Source of the DNA: Candidatus Pelagibacter sp. HTCC7211
Lineage (GTDB): Bacteria > Pseudomonadota > Alphaproteobacteria > Pelagibacterales > Pelagibacteraceae
Length of the DNA: 32,000 nucleotides
Reading direction: 5' to 3'
NCBI RefSeq assembly: GCF_000155895.1
Contig: NZ_DS995298.1
Coordinates: forward strand, 1,424,889-1,456,888
In this document: one piece after another, positions 18,416-25,826 of the stretch
Numbering within the stretch: the stretch's first letter is position 1
Layout of the letters: the number at the start of each line of letters is the position of its first letter
Translations under genes and position numbers: made by a program
The notes under the pieces: model-generated
What the model was told of the DNA's origin: nothing
Databases searched by the model: none
What the model saw: the letters and a program-made list of their open reading frames with translations, nothing else

Positions 18416-19066
18416 TTATTTTTTCTGAAAATAATATGGTCTACCATTTTTTGATACTTTGTAAACTTTAAGCTTATTTTTTTTTATGAACTCATCTATG
18501 GCTAAGGTTGCACCTTTTATATGTGTGTAATCATCAATAAGAACTATTCCGTTTTTTGAAACATATTTATACAAAGTATTTAATACAAACCTTGTAGGTT
18601 CATATACATCTAAATCTAAATGTAATAATGATATTTTTAGTTTTTTATTTTTAGTTAAATAATTAGGTAAAGTTTTTAAAACATCTCCTTTAACAAGATC
18701 ATAGTTTGTTAAATCTTTTTTTTTCAAATATTTTTTTAAAAGTTTTACACTTATACCAAGACCAATATTATTATCATGTCTCTTAGCAAAAACTTTGTCT
18801 GCTTTATTATTTCTATACTCTTTCTTGGGATGAGGAAATTTTCCGAATGCATCAAAACCTATTACTTTCCTTTTATTTTTTTTTTCAATTAAATCTCTAA
18901 AAGTTAAAAACCTTATCAAGCTTGCACCTTTGAAAACACCACATTCAATTATATCTCCTTTAATATTCAAAATTTTTTTATAAATTTCATAATGATCTAG
19001 TAATTTCAGTATTCTTTTTTTATCTGAAGTTAAGTAAAATAAATTTTCGTATTGCCATGTATTCAT
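18416..19066 (-). CDS. TylF/MycF-type (macrocin-O-methyltransferase family) SAM-dependent sugar O-methyltransferase
   Basis: 216 aa. ECGVFKGASLIRF, LHLDLDVYEPT and IVLIDDY match the TylF family pattern. An ATGA overlap (19063..19066) links it to the upstream ORF. Confidence 0.7.
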   Translation of the reverse strand: MNTWQYENLFYLTSDKKRILKLLDHYEIYKKILNIKGDIIECGVFKGASLIRFLTFRDLIEKKNKRKVIGFDAFGKFPHPKKEYRNNKADKVFAKRHDNNIGLGISVKLLKKYLKKKDLTNYDLVKGDVLKTLPNYLTKNKKLKISLLHLDLDVYEPTRFVLNTLYKYVSKNGIVLIDDYTHIKGATLAIDEFIKKNKLKVYKVSKNGRPYYFQKK

Positions 19067-20859
19067 AGTCTATTTTCAATTATTCTTTTAAATTTTAAGT
19101 TAAAATTTTTATCAGGCAATTGAGTATAAAGATTAACAAACTTTTTCAAGTTATTTTGAACATTATCATTATTCCACCATTTTAAAGGATCATTCCATAT
19201 GTCTAATAAATGTTGATATAATTTTTCCTGGTCATCAAAAAATATTTTAGAGTTTTTTAACAATTCATAATCTTGAACAACAAATTTATTTTGATGTTGA
19301 TAACCCTTTTCCCAGAGACATAAAGTTGGTTTATTTAAAGCAAACATCTCTAATATACCAGTTGAATCATGGTTAAATAATATTAATTTTGCACTGTTTA
19401 TTGCATCGAAATAATTCTGTTCGGAGTAATCGATTTTAAATCGATCTAAATCTTTTAACTGATCTTCAATTCTATTTTTTGAAGCGTAATGAGCTCTTAT
19501 TACAGTTTTTTTAACCAGATCTGATGAAAATTTTTTACAAAGTTTTACAGTTAAATCTAATTGATTAAGTCCTTCGCTATATCTATCATATGGAACTGCA
19601 TTATATCCACTAGATCTCATTAAGATAAGAAATTTATCTACTTTTTTATTTTTAAAGTATTTTTTATTCAACAACTTAAAATTTACAAATTTTAAATTAT
19701 TTTTTTTTGTGGTATCAGTTTTGTCACCCCAAGTTATAAAATAATCACAAGTGTTACATTCATTATTATAACTGTTATCCAACCTAGTGATATATGATCC
19801 ACCATGTTGATAAACAAAATATTTTATTTTGGGATTATAAAATTTTCTCAAAGCAACATAATATTTAAATGGCTCAATACTTTCAAATGCATAACTAGTA
19901 CAAATTGCTTTAGGATTTTTTGGAAAATTTAATTTTTCTGAATATTCTATTAAATTTTTAAAATCCTCCACAATTGTTATGGGCAAAGACTTATTTAAAA
20001 TTCTTATTATTAAGTTAAAAATTTTGACAAAATGCTTGTCATAATTTTGATTATCTAATTTTACAAATTTTTCAAAATTCAAATTTTTTCTTAATTTACA
20101 ATCAAAATTAGAGTAATTAAAATTAAAATTTAAAGGATATACTCTTGGTAATTGCCCGAAAGATAAATCAATTTTTTTTTCATTAAAAAATTCAAATCCC
20201 ATATTATATAAAAAAATATTTGAATTATTGGGTATTAAATTTGTTAAATAAAACCAAAGATTAATTATATTTTGTTTAAAATTCTTTTTATTATCAGAGG
20301 ATTTTCTATTGCTTAATAATTCTGTATCATCAAATTTTTTTTCTGATAATTTAATTATATTTAATTCAATATCTAAAAAACAATTTTTTAAAATATAAGA
20401 ATAAATACATGTGTTCCATAAGTTGTTTATAGTGGCGTGTTGTATTGTATGTGTCTCTGTTGTGAAAAAATTAAAATTTGTAGTGTCATAAATAGTTGTA
20501 TAATTAATATTAAATTTTTTTTTACTTTCGATTATATTTTTATATTTAAGTATAAATTGTTGAATAAATTTTCTTAGCCAGGCTCCAATAACAATTTCAA
20601 AAAACTTTTGATTTAAGTTTTTTTCGAAAATTGAATTTAATTCAAGTTTAATACATTCTAATATTTCATAAAATAATTTATTTGATAAATTAAAATTTTC
20701 AATTCGATAACTATAATCTAATCTACTTGAAAAATATTTATCAGTTGATTTTTTTAGTTTACATTGATCATAAATAAAGCGATCAACAAATATATTTTCA
20801 AAATCATCATTTTTATTGATAAATTGATCAGATGGATTTATGATAAGCTTATTTTTCAA
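19063..20859 (-). CDS. Uncharacterised 598-aa protein; candidate transferase (possibly a phospho-headgroup or phosphoramidate transferase)
   Basis: Long intact ORF, translationally embedded between the nucleotidyltransferase and the TylF-type methyltransferase. The TTG start at 20859 overlaps the last 11 nt of the upstream gene. The C-terminal third (YQHGGSY ... ILFNHDSTGILEMFALNKPTL) is vaguely like the GT-B/TagF donor half. The function is not established. Confidence 0.4.
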   Translation of the reverse strand: MKNKLIINPSDQFINKNDDFENIFVDRFIYDQCKLKKSTDKYFSSRLDYSYRIENFNLSNKLFYEILECIKLELNSIFEKNLNQKFFEIVIGAWLRKFIQQFILKYKNIIESKKKFNINYTTIYDTTNFNFFTTETHTIQHATINNLWNTCIYSYILKNCFLDIELNIIKLSEKKFDDTELLSNRKSSDNKKNFKQNIINLWFYLTNLIPNNSNIFLYNMGFEFFNEKKIDLSFGQLPRVYPLNFNFNYSNFDCKLRKNLNFEKFVKLDNQNYDKHFVKIFNLIIRILNKSLPITIVEDFKNLIEYSEKLNFPKNPKAICTSYAFESIEPFKYYVALRKFYNPKIKYFVYQHGGSYITRLDNSYNNECNTCDYFITWGDKTDTTKKNNLKFVNFKLLNKKYFKNKKVDKFLILMRSSGYNAVPYDRYSEGLNQLDLTVKLCKKFSSDLVKKTVIRAHYASKNRIEDQLKDLDRFKIDYSEQNYFDAINSAKLILFNHDSTGILEMFALNKPTLCLWEKGYQHQNKFVVQDYELLKNSKIFFDDQEKLYQHLLDIWNDPLKWWNNDNVQNNLKKFVNLYTQLPDKNFNLKFKRIIENRL

Positions 20860-21610
20860 TAGAATTTTTAAGTACTTTGTAATCTTTTATATTATCTATC
20901 TCAAACCAATTTTTTTGGTAGTTCTCAACATAAATATTACAAATTTTTTTTTTTATAATTAATTGAAATAATGCAGTTATATCTATCTTTGATAAATTTT
21001 TTGTTTCTTTAAAAAGTTTTTGTTTTATCTTATTCCAAGAAAATGGATCTATTTTAAAAACTCCCATATACTGACCTTTAATTTTTTTATAAGAATTCGT
21101 TCTATTTCCAATTTCTATAAGTTCATTTTTATTATTTGATACAAATGTCTCTAAATCCGACAAAGGGTTAGTAAATCTTTTTTTCCAATATTTTTTCCAA
21201 TGCTTATAACTTAATATAACTATTCCTTTTTTTTTTTTACTTTTATTTAATATTTCAATTGCTTCTTTTTCATAGAATATATCCGCATAAGAAATAATGC
21301 ATTGATATTTAGATAATATTCTATCAGCACATATCAAGCTGCCAAAAATATTTGTTGTTTTCCATTTTTTATTTTTAATTTTTTTAATTTTTCTAAATTG
21401 TTTAAATTGATCACTTTTATACCCTGTAATAATAATTATTTTTTTAAATCCAAGCTTTTCAAAATTTTCTAAAACCTTATCAATAAGTTTTTTTTTACCA
21501 ATATTTACAAAAGATTTAGGTTTATTTTTTGTCAATACTCCCATTCTAGAACCTCGCCCAGCAGCAAGAATGATTGGAATAATTTTGTTTGAATGAGATT
21601 TTAAATTCAT
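20849..21610 (-). CDS. Nucleotidyltransferase (LicC/sugar-phosphate NTase fold); candidate CTP:phosphoglutamine cytidylyltransferase (Cj1416-like)
   Basis: 253 aa. IIPIILAAGRGSRMG...KPKSFV signature. It is the first gene of the long minus-strand run. Confidence 0.65.
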   Translation of the reverse strand: MNLKSHSNKIIPIILAAGRGSRMGVLTKNKPKSFVNIGKKKLIDKVLENFEKLGFKKIIIITGYKSDQFKQFRKIKKIKNKKWKTTNIFGSLICADRILSKYQCIISYADIFYEKEAIEILNKSKKKKGIVILSYKHWKKYWKKRFTNPLSDLETFVSNNKNELIEIGNRTNSYKKIKGQYMGVFKIDPFSWNKIKQKLFKETKNLSKIDITALFQLIIKKKICNIYVENYQKNWFEIDNIKDYKVLKNSIEK

Positions 21611-21647
21611 TATAAGAATTTAGTATATTATTATATCATAAATTTCT
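21611..21647. promoter_or_regulatory. 37-bp divergent intergenic region that must serve the start of both the minus-strand run and the plus-strand cassette
   Basis: It lies between ATG 21610 (-) and ATG 21648 (+), with sequence tataagaatttagtatattattatatcataaatttct. It is AT-only apart from a few bases. No confident -35/-10 assignment is possible in this composition. Confidence 0.35.
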
Positions 21648-22790
21648 ATGAATTACTGTAAGCGTTGTATAATGCCAAATACCCGACCTGACCAATATCT
21701 TAATAATGAAGGTGTTTGTAATGGTTGCCTAAGTTATGATTATCAAAAAAAGATAGATTGGGATAAAAGAAAAAAAGATTTATTGAGAATTATAAGTGAA
21801 AAAAAATTAAATAAAGATAAATGGAATTGTGTTGTTCCTGGCAGTGGTGGAAAAGATAGTACTTATCAAATTATAAAAGCAAAAGAATTAGGATTAAATC
21901 CAATATTTGTGACAGCTTCCACATGTGATTTATCAGAAATTGGAAGAAAAAATTTAGAAAATATTAAGAAAATTGGTTTTGATGTTATAGAAATCTCCAA
22001 TAACGCTAAAGTAAGATCTAAAATAAACAAAATAGGTTTAGAATTACTTGGTGATATATCTTGGCCAGAGCATGTTTCGATCTTCACAGCCCCAGTAAAG
22101 TTTGCTCTAGCTTATGATATACCTTTAATTTTATGGGGAGAAAATCCTCAATTAGAGTACGGTGGACCTGATGGTTCACTAAATAATAGTATTCTAGATC
22201 AGAAATGGATGGAAGAATTTGGTGGACTTATAGGATTTAGAGTCTCAGACCTAATTGAAAACCATGGATTTAAAAAAAATGAATTAGAAATTTATGATTA
22301 TCCTGCTCAAAATATTTTGAAAAAAAAATCAATTTTAGGAATATTTCTTGGCTATTATGAAAGATGGGACTCTTTGAGAAATTATGAAGTTTCAAAAGAT
22401 AATGGCTTTTTAGCATATGAACCAGAATTAGAAGGTTGTTATTTTAATTTTGAAAAAATTGACAACCATCAACATGGTATTCATGACTACTTTAAATTCC
22501 TTAAATTTGGATTTGCTAGAGCAACTGATCAATTGTGTTATATGATTAGAAGGAACAAAATTACTAGGGAAAATGCTATAAACTTAGTAAAAAAATTAGA
22601 GGGTAAATATCCTAAGTCATACATGGGAAAATCTTTAGATCAAATTTTGTCTAAGATAGATATGACTGAAAAAGAATTTATTAAAATTTGTGATAATTTT
22701 ACTAATAAAAAAATTTTTAAAACTGATCAAGGTGGAAAATTAATTAAAGATGAATATGGTTCATTGGTAAAATTGAAATATGACAATTAA
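21648..22790 (+). CDS. wbuX: N-acetyl sugar amidotransferase (WbuX/PseA/LfnA type, PP-loop ATP pyrophosphatase)
   Basis: 380 aa. N-terminal Cys-rich CKRCIMPNTRPDQYLNNEGVCNGCLSY and PP-loop VVPGSGGKDSTYQ. Confidence 0.85.
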   Translation: MNYCKRCIMPNTRPDQYLNNEGVCNGCLSYDYQKKIDWDKRKKDLLRIISEKKLNKDKWNCVVPGSGGKDSTYQIIKAKELGLNPIFVTASTCDLSEIGRKNLENIKKIGFDVIEISNNAKVRSKINKIGLELLGDISWPEHVSIFTAPVKFALAYDIPLILWGENPQLEYGGPDGSLNNSILDQKWMEEFGGLIGFRVSDLIENHGFKKNELEIYDYPAQNILKKKSILGIFLGYYERWDSLRNYEVSKDNGFLAYEPELEGCYFNFEKIDNHQHGIHDYFKFLKFGFARATDQLCYMIRRNKITRENAINLVKKLEGKYPKSYMGKSLDQILSKIDMTEKEFIKICDNFTNKKIFKTDQGGKLIKDEYGSLVKLKYDN

Positions 22791-23400
22791 GGTGGCCATA
22801 ATTAATTATGGAATAGGAAATATAAGATCCCTTTACAATAGTTTAAAAAGAATAGAAGTTGAAGCTGAAATAATTACAGATCCAGATACTATTGATCAAT
22901 TTGATAAAGTTTTTTTACCAGGAGTTGGATCATATAAGGATGCAATAAAAAAAATAAAATATATTGGTTGGGATAAAGCTATTAAAAATTTTTCATCCAA
23001 TCAAAATAAAAGCTTATTTGGAATATGTGTAGGAATGCAAATCTTGAGCACATGTGGATATGAATATGGAAAATCAAATGGATTAAATATTATAAAAGGA
23101 GAAGTTTTAAGAATGAATAAGCATGGCTGTGATTTAAAGCTTCCTCATATTGGCTGGAATAATATTAAAATCATAAATCAAAATTTAATTACAGAAAACT
23201 TAAATAATGAGGCTAATTTTTACTTTGTAAATAGTTATTCTTTAAGAATTGTTAATTCTAACGAATTAATCGCTACAACATCATATGGCATTGAATTTCC
23301 ATCGATTATTAATAAACAAAATGTATTTGGAACACAGTTTCATCCAGAAAAAAGTTCAAAAGCTGGAATGCAAATTCTTAAAAACTTTTTAAATGCTTAA
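22780..23400 (+). CDS. hisH: HisH-like glutamine amidotransferase subunit (WbuY type paralogue of imidazole glycerol phosphate synthase HisH)
   Basis: 206 aa. IAIINYGIGN, nucleophile elbow GICVGMQIL and FGTQFHPEKS. An 11-nt overlap links it to wbuX. Confidence 0.9.
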   Translation: MTIKVAIINYGIGNIRSLYNSLKRIEVEAEIITDPDTIDQFDKVFLPGVGSYKDAIKKIKYIGWDKAIKNFSSNQNKSLFGICVGMQILSTCGYEYGKSNGLNIIKGEVLRMNKHGCDLKLPHIGWNNIKIINQNLITENLNNEANFYFVNSYSLRIVNSNELIATTSYGIEFPSIINKQNVFGTQFHPEKSSKAGMQILKNFLNA

Positions 23401-24157
23401 AGCTAGAATAATTACTACAATGCTTTGGAATGGTTCTACCCTCGTAAAAGGTAATAAATTTGAAAATGAAAAAAGATCTGCTGGATCACCTCTCACGACT
23501 GTGAAAATTTACAATTCAAGAGATGTTGATGAAATTTTATTTTTTGACATATCTCGAAATAATAAAATAATCGATAAAGATTTTATTTTAAGTATTACTG
23601 ATTGTGTGAGTGTTCCTATCACAATAGGAGGAGGTATTGAAAAAATATCTCAGATGAATGATCTTTTTGAATATGGTGCTGATAAAGTTGCCATAAATAG
23701 TATTATTTATAAAAACCCAAATATCATTGACGAAGCTTCTAAAAGGTTTGGCTCCCAGGCAATTACGGTTTCAATTGACGTGAGAAAAAATAATCAGAAT
23801 TATGAATGTTATTACGATTTGGGAAAAATTAAATCAGATAGAAAATTAAACGATTTATTAGTTGAATGTGTTAATAGGGGTGCAGGTGAAATAGTAATAA
23901 ATTGTATCAATAATGACGGACTAATGAAAGGTTATGATAATGAGTTAATTCAACAAACATCATCATTGGCAAATATTCCTATTGTTGCATCTGGTGGAGC
24001 TGGAAGTTATGAACATTTTTATGAGGCTTATAAAAATGGAGCTGACGCTTTTGCAGCAGCAAGTATTTATCACTTTACAGAACACACTCCAGCAAAAGCA
24101 AAAAAATATCTTTTAAAAAAAAAAGTACCCATACGAGAAAATTTTATTATAGAATAA
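23393..24157 (+). CDS. hisF: HisF-like cyclase subunit (WbuZ type paralogue of imidazole glycerol phosphate synthase HisF)
   Basis: 254 aa. TIM-barrel motifs LFFDISR, ITIGGGI, DKVAINS and VASGGAG. An 8-nt overlap links it to the hisH-like gene. Confidence 0.9.
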   Translation: MLKARIITTMLWNGSTLVKGNKFENEKRSAGSPLTTVKIYNSRDVDEILFFDISRNNKIIDKDFILSITDCVSVPITIGGGIEKISQMNDLFEYGADKVAINSIIYKNPNIIDEASKRFGSQAITVSIDVRKNNQNYECYYDLGKIKSDRKLNDLLVECVNRGAGEIVINCINNDGLMKGYDNELIQQTSSLANIPIVASGGAGSYEHFYEAYKNGADAFAAASIYHFTEHTPAKAKKYLLKKKVPIRENFIIE

Positions 24158-24160
24158 ACT

Positions 24161-24784
24161 ATGTTAAATATTAAAATAAAAAAAACAGTCAAAGAAGATT
24201 CTAAATTTTTTTATCAATTAAGAAATAATACTACCAATAGAAAGTTTTTTTTTAATTCAAAAAATATTAAATTTGATGATCATAAAATATGGTTTGACAG
24301 AAATTTTAAAAAAAAATTTTATTACACTTGTTTTTATAATAAAAAAAAAATTGGTTATATTAGAGGAGATAAATTAAATGATATAATATTTATTTCTATT
24401 GCAATAGATAAAAAATTCAGAAAAAAAAATATTGCAACCAAATGTTTTGAATTATTTGAAGAAAAAATTAAAGTTAACTCAATCTTATTCGCTAAAATAA
24501 AAAAAAAAAATACAGGTTCAATTAAATTTTTTGAAAAAAATAAATTTAGTTTATTAAAAAAAGATAAGAACATTTTTACATATTACAAAATTCATCATAA
24601 AGATTATGAAAAATACTTAAGTGCGATTAGTAAAATAGAAAATATTAGAAAAGGAAATAATATCAATTGGATGAATATTTTAAGAGTAGCATTTACCAAT
24701 TCTCCTGTAGAAGCATCAAAAATTTTTAAAAAAATTTATAGTGACGATAAGACTATTAATTTTTTATCAAAAAAACTTTTTTAA
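24161..24784 (+). CDS. GNAT-family N-acetyltransferase, PseH-like, with a C-terminal extension of about 60 aa
   Basis: 207 aa. FFYQLRNNTTNRKFFFNSKNIKFDDHKIWF resembles the PseH N-terminal pattern, and the GNAT core runs to about residue 145. The remaining residues (YEKYLSAISKIENIRKGNNINWMNILRVAF...) are extra. Confidence 0.6.
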   Translation: MLNIKIKKTVKEDSKFFYQLRNNTTNRKFFFNSKNIKFDDHKIWFDRNFKKKFYYTCFYNKKKIGYIRGDKLNDIIFISIAIDKKFRKKNIATKCFELFEEKIKVNSILFAKIKKKNTGSIKFFEKNKFSLLKKDKNIFTYYKIHHKDYEKYLSAISKIENIRKGNNINWMNILRVAFTNSPVEASKIFKKIYSDDKTINFLSKKLF

Positions 24785-24785
24785 G

Positions 24786-25826
24786 TTATAAGTGTTTTTT
24801 TTCTAACGGTGTTCCAAATTTTAAATTTTGTTTGCTTTTTTTTCCTATAACACGCTTAAAATAAATTGGGTCTAAGCCAAAAGAAGGTCGAACTATTTTG
24901 AGATTATTTTTAGTAAATTTTTCATTTTTTTTTATATTTTTTGCTACAAAGATTGATCTTTTGAACATTTTATGTCGTTGTTCATCTTTTGATAATTCAT
25001 AAGAGATTTTACCAAGACTCAACCAAGCATTTTTAGTTTCATTTACTAACAATCTAAACTCATCAGGATCCATAGAAAAGATATCATCAAAACCTCCACC
25101 TTTTTTATCTAAAGTAAAATGTTTTTCAATTATTGTTGCTCCGTAAGAAATCGATGCAACAGCTGCACCAATTCCTGGTGTGTGATCACTTAGACCAATT
25201 TCGACTTTATATTTTTTTTTTAAATCTAATATGGTCTTTATATTACTATCTTCAATCTTTGCAGGATATGAACTCGTACATTGCAGAAACGCAAAATTAT
25301 AAAATTTTTTTTTAACTAGGAAATTATAGAGATATTTTATTTCTTTTTCTGTTGTTGCACCTAACGATATTATTATTGGTTTTTTTTTCTTTATTACCTT
25401 TTCTATTAAAGGAATGTGATTGTTTTCAAATGAAGCAATTTTATATGCTGGTACATCAAAACTATCTAAATAATCTACAGAATTTTCATCAAAAGGGGTG
25501 CTAAAGCAAATAATGCCACATCTTTTTGCCTCTGCAAAAATCTCTTTATACCAGCTGTAGGGCAATGCAGCTTTTTTGTAAAGATCGTATAAATTTTTTT
25601 TGTACCATAAGCTTTTTTTATCTTTGATTAAAAAAAATTTATTATCACAGTTTAAGGTCATTGAGTCTGCATTATAAGATTGTAATTTTATTGCATGTGC
25701 TCCCACTTTTTTTGCTTCTCTTATTATTTTTAAAGTTCTGGTCATACTATTATTATGGTTTGCTGAAATTTCAGCAATTATAAATGGCTGCTTCCTTATT
25801 GTGATTTCTCTGTCAAAAATTTTCAT
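24786..25826 (-). CDS. neuB: NeuB-family nonulosonic acid synthase (NeuB/PseI/LegI; subtype not resolvable by eye)
   Basis: 346 aa. PFIIAEISANHNNS signature, a TIM-barrel body and a C-terminal SAF-like domain (VAKNIKKNEKFTKNNLKIVRPSFGL). Confidence 0.9.
   Translation of the reverse strand: MKIFDREITIRKQPFIIAEISANHNNSMTRTLKIIREAKKVGAHAIKLQSYNADSMTLNCDNKFFLIKDKKSLWYKKNLYDLYKKAALPYSWYKEIFAEAKRCGIICFSTPFDENSVDYLDSFDVPAYKIASFENNHIPLIEKVIKKKKPIIISLGATTEKEIKYLYNFLVKKKFYNFAFLQCTSSYPAKIEDSNIKTILDLKKKYKVEIGLSDHTPGIGAAVASISYGATIIEKHFTLDKKGGGFDDIFSMDPDEFRLLVNETKNAWLSLGKISYELSKDEQRHKMFKRSIFVAKNIKKNEKFTKNNLKIVRPSFGLDPIYFKRVIGKKSKQNLKFGTPLEKKHL

Noticed and set aside
22780-24157. Reading the HisH-like and HisF-like genes as the housekeeping histidine biosynthesis genes.
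   Set aside because: They overlap a WbuX-type amidotransferase and sit in a glycan island with no hisA, hisB, hisD or hisI neighbours. This is the known WbuY/WbuZ-type paralogue context. Confirmation needs the rest of the genome.
24769-24782. A7-C-T6 symmetry at the convergent junction as a bidirectional intrinsic terminator.
   Set aside because: The stem would be AT-only with a 1-nt loop, which is sterically and energetically implausible as a hairpin.
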